Assembly (NCBI GenBank): GCA_000934665.2
Contig: KZ538204.1
Coordinates: forward strand, 1-64,000
From: Catajapyx aquilonaris
Taxonomy: Eukaryota
Reading direction: 5' to 3'
Length of the DNA: 64,000 nucleotides
Shown here: positions 11,670 through 24,896 of the stretch, piece by piece
How the letters are laid out: every line of letters starts with the position of its first letter
Numbering within the stretch: the stretch's first letter is position 1
Notes under the pieces: model-generated
Seen by the model: only the letters and a program-made list of their open reading frames with translations
What the model was told of the DNA's origin: nothing
The model's database searches: none
Made by a program: the position numbers and the translations under genes

Positions 11670-11963
11670 CTACGGATTCTTGTAAAAAAATAACGGAATG
11701 CAAAAGAAGGAGGCAACTAGCAAGGTGTTGGCATAGACACTTGTGCTGGTTCCTGTAGAGTCGGTGGCGTTAAGGTCCGAAGGTGGTGTTGGACTCCACG
11801 ATAGGGGTAGCGTATCAGTGGTTGGTGGTTGGTTTTTGTAGAGAACAATTCTATAAGTGTGGCTGCCATAAGTGTTAGAGGCCACAAGACTTAATGGATT
11901 CTCTATTCCTAAATCTGACTGCTTCACTGGCTTGATTGTCAGCTGTACTTCGTATATTCCAAG
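11670..11963 (-). CDS. Ig gene coding exon 6 (Ig3 end, stalk, GPI-type tail)
   Basis: GATCAG acceptor after a pyrimidine tract; YEVQLTIKPVKQSDLG...TLLVASFFCIPLFFYKNP*. Confidence 0.85.
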   Translation of the reverse strand, partial: LGIYEVQLTIKPVKQSDLGIENPLSLVASNTYGSHTYRIVLYKNQPPTTDTLPLSWSPTPPSDLNATDSTGTSTSVYANTLLVASFFCIPLFFYKNP

Positions 11964-14816
11964 CTGATCCAAGTTTATTAAAAGAAAAGAGAGTTAAAAA
12001 CAATATTAATGCATCATTCAGTAAGAATGCACAGTATGCAGATGACTTACAGAGGCACCCGCTTCTACAGGTCCAGAAATCATTCTTTCGTCGGGAGACC
12101 TGCTACCTTCCTGAAATGTCTCACCATCAGGTAGCTGCCAATAAACGCTGCTGGGCTGAGGATTCGCATAAATGAATGCTTTCAATGATGCTTGTTCTCC
12201 CACAGTAAATCCAGAAAATGTTTGAGGATCGTAGTTTGGTAAAGGTATCTTCTCTGGTCCGACTATTCCAAAGAAAGTTTTGTAAAAACAATTTAGTGCG
12301 AAATGCACAAAGCCATGGCATACTTACACGTAATATTTAAAACTACTGTTGTATGCTGTTTGGCATCCCCAGGGTTGTACCCAGGGTGTGACGCATAGCA
12401 AACTAGATTTTGTCCTAAATCCTCCGCAGTGAATGATCCGGAGTAATTCTGCGTTGTTTTGAATGTATCCTGATCAGTGCGAGTCACTATAGCGGGAGGC
12501 AGTTCCTCTTGCACCTGCTTATTGCCTGCGTGGCAATTAGTGTGTATATTAGAATTGCAAAACAGCTACCAAAATAAAATAGACAATCACCAATGAACCA
12601 GCTAAGCTTGGCAGCGGGTCGAGCGCCAGAAGCTTCACATTCAACAGTTATAACATCATTTTCCACGGCATTTATTTCCTTAGGAATAATGCGTAAATCA
12701 GATGGCTTCTCTGAAAAATTCAGATGTAGCGGCTATTTCAAGCCAGAAATCTACAGCAGAAAAATAACAGAAGAACATTTTTCTGTCATGTACTCACGGA
12801 TAACATACAGGTTCGTGTGATGTGAAATGTCCAGTGACCCATCTGGAAAGACAACAAAGCTCCAGTTTCCGTTGTCACTTCCGTTAGTCTTAAACTGCAC
12901 ACCACAGTAACCATTTTCCATGGATCCGAATATTGAATATCTCTGGTCTGCTGGAGGTGGAGGTTGTATTACTTTGTCTTTCTCTTGCAACTGTACCTGT
13001 TGATCTTTTGGGCCACAGATTTCACAAAAATAAACTGGAATGGATATTTGAACAAACAATATTGCCTCGCCACCAATTTTGGAAAATACTTCATTTGTCG
13101 CATTCCGCCATGTTGCAGTTTCAGCTCCCACTGTAAAAAGAGACACGTATAAAAAGTGATAGAAATATTCCACCATTTCTTTCGCACAATAATATCTGGC
13201 ATATTACGAACTGCTATGGTGATTATTTAAGTAGCTGCAAATGTCTACATCGGGTAGAGTGAAAGTTATTAATATTTCATAACCGTGTATCGGTGAATAT
13301 CTCGTGGACACCTACCTCTCCTAACCGTCAATGTGGCAGAGAATTGTAGCTATTGGAAAACTTCCCCAATAGGCTTTCCCAAGATGTTTTCCGGCCGCCA
13401 TCCCCAGCGTAATTATAGGCCCAAAAGAAGTTAAAAATGTAGGAGAGAGAAAATGTCGCAGTAAATGACTAGACACTTGTCTGAGCTAACTTTTATTCCA
13501 CCCAATAGGCTATAGCCTATTATTATGAAAATTAAGAGTGGGGATGGCTATCGCAATGGCAATGCCTACATTTGCATTTAGATAATTATCTCTTGCATAA
13601 TTTGCTATTTTTGTAGATGTTTGAATATATTACCTGACTCACCCTGGTGGTTGACAACTGAAACTTACCGGTAATACTTTCTTGAAAAAATACATTACAA
13701 GTACAGAACTCCAGATTTGCCAATCACCCCAACTCTGCCCCAACTCCACGGGGGGATTGTTCAAGGAAATCTCCAAAAGGATTCATTTCTTTTGACACAT
13801 GGGAAGCAAGTGAATTTTCAATTGAAATTACAAGTTATTCACCCTAACGTACCAAGTAGTTTCATAAATCGTGAATATAAAAGCGATGAAAATCTGAAAT
13901 TAAGAACCATCAGAGTCGCACTTTGGTGGAAATCAAGTTTTACGAAGTATGTTCTTCACGCCTAAGCCATTTTTCTCCTCAGTATTTGGCAGAAATTTTC
14001 TCTGTAACATAATGATTACAGTCTTAGAGAAATGTTTGAATAAGGAACAATCTTGTAAGGCATAATGCAAAAATATGAAACATCACCCTCTCATGCATAT
14101 CATGAAATCGTTCCAATGTGAATATGTCAGTTCTGCAATTTCAGGTCTTCATTATTTTTGTACTCAGCCATATTAACATCACTGGACCTACTTGGTAATA
14201 CAAAACAATGCCGAGTAGAGTAGGTAGTACTCCAAGGATTATTATTATTTATTTATTTTACTTACCCCATTCATATGTTTGTAACTCCACTTACGTATCT
14301 CCATCACCCAGGGATAATCTTTTAAATATGATGTATCTCCTAATTTTCCACTAATCCCTACTTCAATGAGTACAAGCCACTCTGAGTGATGTATTCACGT
14401 GTACCTCTAGAAATTTTCCCAAATAATTAGCTTCTTTACCACGCTTCAAATGCAGGGTGTTATCTGCCCAATATGACGGTCCAGACAAATAAATGAGATG
14501 CGGGAGGGAGTCGACTGCCACATGTGTCGCGCATGCACAAAAATAATTATGCAGAATGTGAGCAAGGAAAAGGCCCAAATTTTGTGGCGAATATGGACTG
14601 GATCGAGTTTGAATGCGGCCTATAGCCATGATCTTTCCCGTGACCCCTACCTATGTATAATATTGTACACAGTTTTCATAATTTCCTAAAAATACTGCAT
14701 ACTGTTAAGTTGGGATGATTGACAATTATTAGGGTAGGCCTTTCATTTTCCGTCAGTTACTTACCATGATGAGCAAGGAACAGTATCCCAACAAAACACC
14801 ACGCTCTGGTACCCAT
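11670..14816 (-). CDS. Fasciclin-3-like three-Ig-domain cell-surface protein, predicted GPI-anchored, 402 aa; complement(join(11670..11963,12051..12262,12328..12525,12591..12710,12798..13130,14765..14816))
   Basis: Six exons with GT-AG junctions splice into one open frame of 1209 nt. Signal peptide MGTRAWCFVGILFLAHHVGA; Ig1 with Fas3-like YSIFGSMENGYCGV..DNGNW; Ig2 with VECEASGARPAAKLSWF...LVCYASHPGY; Ig3 with ANPQP..VYW, DLG..L.ASNTYGS; S/T/P-rich stalk and a hydrophobic C-terminus with no cytoplasmic tail. Confidence 0.88.
12051..12262 (-). CDS. Ig gene coding exon 5 (Ig3, first half)
   Basis: AATAG acceptor, GTAAGT donor; FIYANPQPSSVYWQL. Confidence 0.85.
12328..12525 (-). CDS. Ig gene coding exon 4 (Ig2, second half)
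   Basis: ACGCAG acceptor, GTAAGT donor; EDLGQNLVCYASHPGY. Confidence 0.88.
12591..12710 (-). CDS. Ig gene coding exon 3 (Ig2, first half)
   Basis: TTTTCAG acceptor, GTGATT donor; QKPSDLRIIP...VECEASGARPAAKLSWFI. Confidence 0.88.
12798..13130 (-). CDS. Ig gene coding exon 2 (Ig1)
   Basis: TTTTTACAG acceptor, GTGAGT donor, 333 nt, phase 1-1. Confidence 0.88.
14765..14816 (-). CDS. Ig gene coding exon 1 (signal peptide)
   Basis: ATG at 14816, 17 codons plus 1 nt, then a GTAAGT donor; an upstream AG acceptor at 14826-14827 implies a 5' UTR exon further right. Confidence 0.8.
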
Positions 14817-17800
14817 TGTATATACCTGAGTCAGCAAAACAACAGAAAAGCTGTTTCTGTAGAACCCGGAAGACACCAGCTAATCTTTTCCATATCTTAT
14901 CATTCCTGTGTCAATGTACTGATATAGGATACGCACTGAAGCAAATAACCGTAAAATTTAAGCACCGTAACACGCTATCTTACTATAATCCCACCACAGA
15001 GACATACAGCAGGCTACATCACAACAAAATTAGGAGAACATAAAGCACATCTGAAATGGATCTGAGATGGATGAAGACTTGATTTGCTAAACGATTTTAA
15101 TAATATTTGACTGATGTCAATAGGTGAGTGTTTGAAGTTTGAATATTGCATTAGCCCTTATGAAATAATTGCGCTTCAAAAATTTCCTTACGGTACTGGA
15201 ACTTTATCAGAAAACAGACTTGACCATGACTATATTACAAAATGCCTAATTCAATTTTGATCGAAATGTGGCACTGATCGCTCTGCACCTCAGATATTTA
15301 CATACACTGCTCATTATCTACGCCATTAACTGAAAGCCTGAAGCTCCTTAATTTGAGTCTTCAGGTAATGAACGGACTAGCAACACAAAACCAAATAGCG
15401 GCCAGCTATTGAGTCGGATGACTAAACTAGAAGATGGATGAAGTCCCCACCTTAGGATTTAATTATTCATGCGAGGGATCTCATTTCGCCTCCTTTGCAA
15501 GAGAGTTCCATTGGCGGGTAGGCAGCAGACGCCGAATGACAGCCGCCACTTGGATGTCAAGAAACGATGGGAATGAAATCGACTCGTTTTTTCTCTCTTC
15601 TTCTCCCCTCGTCTTCCTTTTGGTGAAGGGAACCTACGTTGTCAAATTGCTATCATTAGCTTTGGTCCTGAGAGTGCCCTCCAGCAGCCGCTTTCTTCTA
15701 GTGTTGCCAAGACGAAAGTGCGGGTTTTGAGGAAAACCTAATTAATCGGCGTTTGACAGTCTGCCAAAATTGCTTTGGAGCGTTTGCAGCGCTTTCTCCA
15801 GACGCGGGGAAAATGGATTTCCAAGAATCCGCCATTCTTCGGATTGCTGCTTTGGCTCAATCTTGTTGATGAGAGAGAGCACGTGCCGCAAAGTGCAAGG
15901 GCATAACATAAATCGCCATTATACTGCCTTAGTAATGTAATACACCTTCTGAGCGTGGCCACAATTGCATTGTCTGACTCGAGAGAGATATTGCTTCCCC
16001 CCCTAGCGAAGAAATTCGCCTTGTTGGTTTCACAATGCGAATGGCAGTGGCGCCTGCTTCCTCTCTCCTTCCTTCACATCCCTAGGGATCATTCAATTCA
16101 GCCTCTTTGCCAGGCATTATGCCGCGCACTTGGTCTGGAAAATATGAAGGAAGCTCGCTAATTTCACCTAACGATATTCCAAGTAGCGCTACTGCTGCTG
16201 CTTCTGCACACGGAGAAATGTTCCGTGGGAATCAAGCAGCTTGTGAGGACACTTTCCCCTTTTCCTTTCGCAGATCCTCGCAATAGTCCTAAACACCCTA
16301 GCTCTATTTACATTAGCTCACACCCGGACGCCTGAACTACGAGCGCTTTCCATACATTAGGAAGGCCTTACTGCTATACACTTGCTAGACTACATAATTA
16401 TCTTATCTTTACAGATTATACAATTTGGTCGGGTTATGAACAAACGGCGTAATTTTTTGTTTGCATTGCCCACTCTGGAGGTTAGTTCCGCTTGCATGAT
16501 CGCGTATGTGGAAAAGTCGCGCGTCCCTCTGCGTCATATATGTGGAAAAGGCTGGTTGGCCGGCTGGTGTTATCTTTCTTTGTGAATTCCAGCGCCTCTT
16601 CCCAAGCGGGGAAAGGTCCAACCACAATATTTGGAGACGGAACATTCCATAAAATTTTCAGCATGAGCATGAGAGGGCCCATCTCGTGTTTGGAAAGGGC
16701 AAATAGTTAGAGTGGGATTTGGAATGGGTTTAAAGAGCTCCCCACCTCTCGGAACCTCCCCACCCCTCCTTTAAAACAAATAACAGAAACGAACTGACTG
16801 AGTGGAAAAATTAATCACTGAGTCATGTCAATGTGCACGAATTACTCCCTGCACGTAATGGCCAAGGAGTCAGATATACACAACGCCAAACTAGTACAGA
16901 AAAAAAACCTTTGAAGCCGCCTGCTCTTTCATTCCGGATTCATCGCAAAAAGCCGTTCCGAGCATGGGGAAATCCAGTTAGCAGCGCAGGAAAAGTCTGC
17001 TCATTACCAGCCGCAATTTGGAGAGAGAGAGAGAGGGAGAGAGAGAGAGAGAAGTTTCACAAGAGAAAAAGGAAGAAATGGGGCCCAAGTAGAAAAGATT
17101 GGGGAAGGAAGGGCGCGGGCATGAAATATTCGGCAGATAAGGTTTACTTTCAGTAGGTGTACGTAGAGAGAGACAAGAAGCAGTGGTTCTTGAGATAGGG
17201 AGTCGTTACGAGTCCCATGGCGATCGCAACCAGAGTTGGCTTGCAAGGAAAGGTTCTGTATATAGCAGGAAGCGCATGCTCTGCCATTCGCATCCCAAAA
17301 GGCTCCCGAGGTGACCATCTTGCCTTTGCACATTACTGTCTTCTGCCCAATTCTCTCCACTACATCCTGGCTCGAATTAACGTACACGATAAATTGGATT
17401 TTTCTTCTTGTAGATTCCGTATTGTTAACAATGGACGCGCGAAAACTATACTTGTCAAATAGAGGGTTGCAAGATGTTAGTGATGGGGCTTGTGACAGTT
17501 CTGGAGCCGCTAAAGAGCAATAAAGGAGGTTCCCGTTGGCATTAGCTGCTTACCGGAGGTAATTAAATCCAAAAAAGTCCCAAATGCGTGGTAGAGCTCT
17601 TTGGGAGTACACAGGGTACAAGCTGTTGGGCTACATCTGGGAGGGTGGAATAAACGTTAGAAGACCATTCAGAGTCGTCCTAACGATCAGGTTGAACCAC
17701 GCTTGTTGTGTTGAAGTGAGCAAAGACGTAGTAAGGCAGGGGAATAACAATTCCAACAGACTCTCCATAGCAGCGGGTATATATCCGTAGGGTTCACACA

Positions 17801-19657
17801 CCTGAGCTCTAGAAAAGGATCGATTTTGGGGCATATATACTAGTATATATGGTATCTGGTGCGGGTATCCAGAACAATCTGGCAAGCTTCCCATGGTCCA
17901 CTCAGCATCAGGATGAAGAAGAAGAAGGGAAGGCATTAATTGAGTCAAGTTCAGAAGTAGGGTCCCGAAAATGAAAGTCGCCACCTTCCAGAATGACGTT
18001 AGTCAGCCGGAATAATGTCCAATTGTGCCGATATCCCACTGTCGGTAACTGATTCGAGATTTAATTACCAAATTAACACACATTAATCCTGACAGTCATA
18101 TTGACGTGAGATGTCGCGATGTGAGTGTTATAATGGATTTTTCATGTAGCTACAGCACTGAAACCTTCCTATAGAGCACCCAGAGGAAACTTGTATATTG
18201 CGGAAACCATTTTTGTAATAGGGCGATTCCGCTATGTGCAGATTTTACTGTGCTACAGTAAATTATTATCACCCAAGGTACGATACTGGCGTAATACTAA
18301 CACGAGAAAAAAATGAACCCGAGCCCCTCGTCATTTATATCCTATATCTACGAGTAAAAGTGAATGTCACTGTTATATAGACGAGAGCTATTTCCAATTT
18401 GTGCATTGCTATCAGGCTGCATTCCTCGCTGGACATTTCTCAAGATATACGGTGCCCTTGTTGATGCCTACTGTAAACACCGCTTCATTATCCCACCATC
18501 GGTAAATATTGACTTAAGGGTTCGGCCTTGGTGAACAAGCCCGTCAAAGATTTATAGTAGACGAGGAAGTGATGCTATCACCACCTTTGTTTCATTATTT
18601 TTCTGTGATTTTCTTTCGAGGCATGACAAGTCCGTTCGAAAATTCCACATAAATCACTTTTTTTAAATGATAAGAACTGATTACATCATATGCAGGTTAC
18701 AACCTGGAGAGATATCCAGAGATGAGGAACATATTAGATTGCAAATTAGGCTTTGGGATATAAGCTGAAATATGTAAAATATCCATTTGCATCGGAAGGC
18801 GAGTCACGCAACACGCCAATGTTCCCAGCGATTATGCAAACGCGTTCCAATCTCATTTGATGTAGTAAAGCGTCTACGGCTTTTTAGACACGGACACCCA
18901 ACCCTGCATGACTCATAATTACAAACGTTTGTGTGTTCAGCCCTTGTCTTACATTCCGTGTCCTTCCACTGCACGGTACGCGTCTACTTTTGCGATAAAC
19001 CTCGACGTTTTTCTGGCCCGTTTGAGTCCCAAGAATGCCTATCAATCTAAGGGGTTTCGTTTTAAAGATCGCTGCAACTTTTTGAATGGAAGACCTTTCA
19101 TCCTATCCAAGAACATCACAGCAGAATCCAATTCTGCCGCTGGGCAATGACACAAGAAAATGGCGCCGTTGCTCCGGAAGGAAGTGGTGGATTTTCCCCT
19201 CCCCCAACTCTTCTCCGGGTTGGCGGCTAGACGGCGCCACAAGTTTGTGCCTTCTTGGGGAGTATAGAAATCCGGGCCTAATTACAAGCAGTGCGATATG
19301 GAAGCAAGGCATAAATTCTCCAAAAGCAGAGCACACTGACTATACGGAGCATTTGTGTATTCCGGAATCCGATATCTGTAATCTTATAGCACTAAAGTTC
19401 CAGCAGTGTTGTGCGCGTCTTGATTAATCCATGCGAGGGAAGAGGGTTACGTGCCAGAATGTTGCTCCGGCCCGTATCTTTGACTTAGGCTCAAGAATAT
19501 ATTATTTGAAAATACAGTATCACTTGAGAAGGGTTCGCTCACGTCGCAGGATCAATGTCCACTGAAACGCAGTCGGTATCTAGTTGGTACGTCTTGGAAT
19601 CCGGGCAACAAAGGACGAGGAAAAATTTAAAACCCCTTTTTCGTCCGTGCATTAGAG

Positions 19658-19889
19658 CAGGGTCCCCTACATGGTTGCCTCCCCCACCCTATTGTCTTCA
19701 CGTAGTCCTTATGGGGCGGCCATATTGGATCTAGTTGGATGCTGCAGGATAGGGAATTGGCAAGGAATTGGCAAGCGATTCTTTTTTGTTTTTTTCAATT
19801 GTTTTTTTTTCACTGCATGTAGCTCCTATGTGATTTAGATCCAATATGGCGGTCTATAGGTGAGGGAGGCACTCATGTAGGTGACCCTG
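19658..19889. mobile_element. hAT-like MITE
   Basis: TIR CAGGGTC(C/A)CCTACATG; 8-bp TSD CATTAGAG at 19650-19657 and 19890-19897. Confidence 0.85.
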
Positions 19890-20135
19890 CATTAGAGCGC
19901 TACTGTAGTTTTTCCGAGATGGCACATATGGCACGGACAATATCTAGCTACTAACACCATCTCTGTACGGAATAGCACAACTTACATCCCGATCTGGCAA
20001 TTATTCTAAACCACAATCAAAATCTAAAGAAGCACAATAAAACCAGGGTATTTTTCAGGGGATATAATTTCTCATTCACATTTGCAGATATTTTGTCAGA
20101 TACCATCTTTCAATTCTTTAAAGTGACTCTCTCAT

Positions 20136-20469
20136 GGTGAGGCGCGGTGACCGAGACGGTAAAGTCTCGGCTTGCTCTGCGGAAGGTCCCGCGTTCGAAC
20201 CCCACCCGGGAGTTCCCTTTCGCCTGCGCCAGGAGGGTCTCTGAGGCCCGCTCCTTGGAGGCGACTGGCAACCCAACCTCCAGGGAGACTGCACCCTTGT
20301 TTTGACATTGCCCTTGCACCTGTGTCTCCTCCCCAGAAATCCCCATCCTTACCCCATGTCCTTTCATCCTTGCACCGGAGCTGAAGAAAAATTACCGAAA
20401 ATTGATTGAAAATAGTGGTATTCCACCTCCCTAAGATGGCCTTTGGCCCTATCACGGGGTAACGTAAAA
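20136..20469 (+). mobile_element. tRNA-derived SINE, full length
   Basis: A-box-like GGTGACCGAGACGG, B box GTTCGAACC, short A tail; direct repeat AAAGTGACTCTC at 20120-20131 and 20470-20481. Confidence 0.85.
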
Positions 20470-23400
20470 AAAGTGACTCTCATTTTACAATTTAACCAAT
20501 CCCACATCGGAATTGTGTAAAACAGTCTTTATCCTGTATAGTAATTCTAAGGGGCAGCGCAGTCGCATAACTTCGCGTCGGAAGTAGGCCTATATACTGC
20601 AGAGACTACTGTATACGTTCAATCCCACTTAGGCAATTGTTTAATTTTAACCAAATGGAAGATGGCATTTCGCAATCTTCCAATACCTCCCGACAAGGCC
20701 GGCTCTACGGGGATGCGGGGCCTCAGGTAAGTCAATGTGGCGGGGCTGTTGAGGAAAAATATCAACATACTGAACACTCCCAACACTTAGAAATAGTACG
20801 GATACAGTTCAGTTATGGCACAAAATATTCGTCTGCTTCTTCCGCTACTCGACCACTACAACGACTGCAGCAGGAACGCGACTGCTTCATGAACCTACTT
20901 GGCTTTATGGCCCACACATGACGGTATTCCGCACATTTTTTAATTTGTTGAAATGAAATCGAAAACGTGGACAACTTCTAAATTTTGAGCCTGCTGCTAT
21001 ACCCATTTACTGTAAACTTGCTTTAAAAAGCTTACAGAAAACGAAACGAAATGCTATTTTGAGAAATGTAATCTTGGCCGAAACAAAGGAGTGCCTGGAG
21101 CGCCCTGCGAGAGAACTATACATTAAAAGCATATGGAATTCATATTCTTGGTCCAGAACAGCAGCTCGATGTCACATGAGGGTCTTATTTTCGCCCAGTA
21201 TTGCTCCCAGCCAACTTTTCATATATTATGTAGACTGTAGAGGCTACAGCGTGTTTCAGAAGTAACTTCACATCCGCATCGGTAAAACATCTTTCGGACG
21301 CCACCCGCTCCCGTTTCCTAATCTTCAATTTTGATACAATAGTTCGGGCTTTGTAAAAATAAGTTCAGACTTCTTTATTCGATATTAAAGCATAACTTTT
21401 CCCAGGAATAGGTTCAGACCCACTATGCCACTGGATTAACAGTAAAATATTCTTGCCAAATGCTTTTGGCCATTTGTCTGGGATTGGCAGATAGAAATCA
21501 TGGCTGAGGATGGTCACAAGAGGGTCAGGGGACTGTCCGCCAATTAATAGCATTTTAGTGTCTGTTGCATGAACACGGTAAACCCAACAAATGGTCGACA
21601 CCGTACTATTTAATTAATTAATTAATTACTTGTTCATGGTTCACCATCTTCTATGCAACCCAACCTTATCATATTTATTTAATGAAATCGCATTAATTCA
21701 TGTTCCCTTTAGACTGTCTTCCTTCATACAGTATTTCGGCACAAAAGTCCTATACGAATTTCTAGTAAACTTAGAAGACATCAAGCACGCTCAAAGCGTG
21801 ACGAAAGACGAAACAATGCAACTACGTCCGTTATCCGCACTTCACCTCTCAGCCTTCATGACTGATGCCTGTAACAAACCTGTGGATTTATTTCAATATT
21901 CCCTTGATGCGGTGGCTACTCCTACTCTTCACGCACATGCAGACTTTTTTTTCTCTCTTTCTCCCCGCCCCAGCCATTTCCTCAGCCGCCACCCTTTTCT
22001 GTTGATGTCATGCAAAAAAGTGATGGCGCCATGTCCCTCTCTGCGAAGGCCCAATGCTTGATTTTCAATGTGGGATCTGAGGCACCTGTGAGCCCAACAC
22101 GCGAGCTCCAACACTCTATTTTCTCCTTGCGTGAGCACAGGGCAAGATATGAACTATGTATATAAGGTATAGTCCGATGGCCACTGCGGGAAGGCATAAA
22201 AGGCCGAGATTGGCCTGGTTTCATGCTGGCCTGAGCCGTTTTGCAGTAACGTATCGCCCTCATCATATTAGGGAGCGAGTTGCTGAATATTATCAGCAGT
22301 AACTTAGAATGACTTCTAAAATCTTCCTGTCTCATTAGCAGGAATGGATTTTGGAGGGCACGACGACAAAGTAACTCAATCACTGCGAGAATAAGTTAGG
22401 GCGAGATTGCGAGTCAGACGAGATAGCTATCATTAAGAGCGAATACGTGGCATTTCAGATGCAACCGTTCAGACTGCGCGAATCTAATTTGGAAACTGGA
22501 TCGAGGTTTTCCTCCACTTCCCTTGACGTCTCGTTAACGTTCGCCGGCCATGGGGCTTAATGATATCAAAGTTTAAAGACCTGTAGCTTTGGAGAAGAGA
22601 GACTTTTGTCTGAAAAACGCCCGATTTTTTTTCCCCACCCGTATCAATAATGTAAGCTTTGAGAACTTTCGATTTGTAACCCTCCCGAATAAAAAAGAAT
22701 GCGGTGATTTTATCGACAGAATTGGTAGGCTACCAAATGGAGAGCTGACAATGGCGTCACTCGCAACATCTGAAGCGGAAAGGTTGCCGATAATCCGCAG
22801 GGCATGTGTGCTCCGCATGAAGCCTACCGACCTAGAGTTGAAGGGGATTTATCCAATTAGACATTGTGAATCACGACATTAATCAGTCAGCGTTCGTTTC
22901 ATTGACCTAATTCGTCTTCTGCGACCGAGATTAATTAATCCCAGATTTTTTCAAAAAGTAACCCTCCCCTCCGGCCATTTTCTTTTTGATTCTCCCCCTG
23001 CTTGGAGAAGCGATAGGGGAAGGAGGAATTATCAAGAGTTGAGAACACTCAGCAGTCAATGACTCTTTATTTTGAGCAATAATTTGTTTAAGCCATGTGG
23101 CGGGGTCTTTTCAAGGGATTAATGTTCTTAATCAGGCACTCCACACTTCGGCAGTAAATGTGTTAGTGGGTGGAGCAAATTAAATAAATGATTATACCGC
23201 GATTGGCTCTTGTTCTATATCGGCTTATTGAAGCAGCACTGTGCTGTGGGATTATAATTGAGTGTTCACCCGGGCGAGCAATGCTTCAAACCTGCTCAAT
23301 TATGAACGGTCTAATTTACCTCCAGACTGGCACAGTTGGATTATCATCGAGAGTGTGGTGTTGACAATGAGAAGGGATTAAAATATTAATATTAATATCT

Positions 23401-23659
23401 CGTTACACTCAGAACATGTATATAGTCTGCTAGTGTGTATTGCAATCAAAGTGGTTTCTGAGGGAACTATCAGGACCCGGGATGTGTACTGTGTATATAC
23501 AGCCACATTGATATTTGCGGACTATGATCATCCTGATGCAATTATTGTGTCTACATGTGGTCTAATAGGCCTACAGTCAACTGAAGTACATTGTGTATGT
23601 ACAAATTATAATAAAAACTGTATTGTCTTTAACAATATCGATAGGCTATTATGGGTGTG

Positions 23660-23784
23660 ACGTCGCTCAGATTTTATATATTTATTGTATGTTGGAGTCC
23701 CCCCCCCCCNNCCCCCCCCCCCCATACTATAGAATAGCCTACATGTTCTCCTTGGGGGAGTAATAAAATTTGATTGCTTGATTG
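23660..23784 (+). mobile_element. 5'-truncated retroposon 3' end
   Basis: AATAAA followed by an (ATTG)-like tail; 12-bp direct repeat ATTATGGGTGTG at 23648-23659 and 23785-23796. Confidence 0.65.
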
Positions 23785-23789
23785 ATTAT

Positions 23790-24030
23790 GGGTGTGGTGC
23801 AGTCGTTAGCGCCCTAGCCTCCACGTTTGAGGCCCCGAGTTCGATCTCCGGATCGGGCAGATGAATTTCTTATCTGGAAAGAGTTTCATTGGGTTATCTC
23901 CGGGCTGGCGTGGGTTTAATCGCGATTATCTCGTTTCTTCCGGTGTAATTTCAATCCCCACTACACTACACCGTTCACATGATAGGTTCACGTCATAGGT
24001 CACTGGGATAGTACGATGTGAACAATGACT
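23790..24030 (+). mobile_element. tRNA-derived SINE (same family as 835-1097)
   Basis: GTGGTGCAGTCGTTAGCGCC...CCCGAGTTCGATCTCCGG; body aligns by eye with the reverse complement of 940-1097. 3' end is approximate. Confidence 0.75.
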
Positions 24031-24256
24031 TACTGCAGGAAATTAGACGGCCGCAGCTCTCCACCGCATTTTTTCTGTTGTGTGAACAATAAGGTTACAT
24101 AATATTATAGACTAACTCAATGGGCACGAGTTAAAAGTGGGCTAACTAGACTTATAGGTAACTACAACGTAGTTACTGAAAATCGCGTAATCCCGTTGTA
24201 TGAGCGCTTAATATGACAATTAACTAAGCTACGGAATTACCCCTCCCCCCGTAATC

Positions 24257-24259
<3 letters not shown>

Positions 24260-24304
<45 letters not shown>
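24260..24304. repeat. (GA)n microsatellite
   Basis: Direct reading. Confidence 0.95.
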
Positions 24305-24306
<2 letters not shown>

Positions 24307-24896
24307 CACAAACACCGGTTCTCACGTGCGACCTCGTTTACGCATCCATTGGTGGCAGTGGTTGATTGGTTGGCTGGACTTCACCGTGCGAGCGACATCC
24401 GAGAATCACTTAGCGTTCAGGTTCTCTCCGTCTCCGCCAGGATTTTCTCGGGGTTTTTCCTTTTCCCTCCCGCACAGTCCAAAAATCTCTCCCCACTTCC
24501 TATCTCTCTCCTATTCCAGATGGCCTTATAGTGGTTTTGGCCGGTTTTGTCTCAACCAAGCAACCAACCAGCTTCCGCCCTTTTCACCTGGTATTCCATG
24601 GAATCATTTCCCGGAATTTGCCTGGAAAAATTCATAGTTAATTCATAGTGAACCTGAAGATGCCACATAATGGCAAATGGAGCTGCTACGCTCATCTGAA
24701 TACATTAGTCAATATCATATAATAATGCCATATAATATGGCATATATGATAATAATGCTGGATGGCAATGCAATGGGATCTCTGATTGGGGGGACAGCGG
24801 ATAAAAGTGAGGCATATATGGTAACTGATAGTACGTAGATGCAGAGGTACAATACACTTTGCATTCATCACCAAATAACTATAGATCAGGTCTTGC

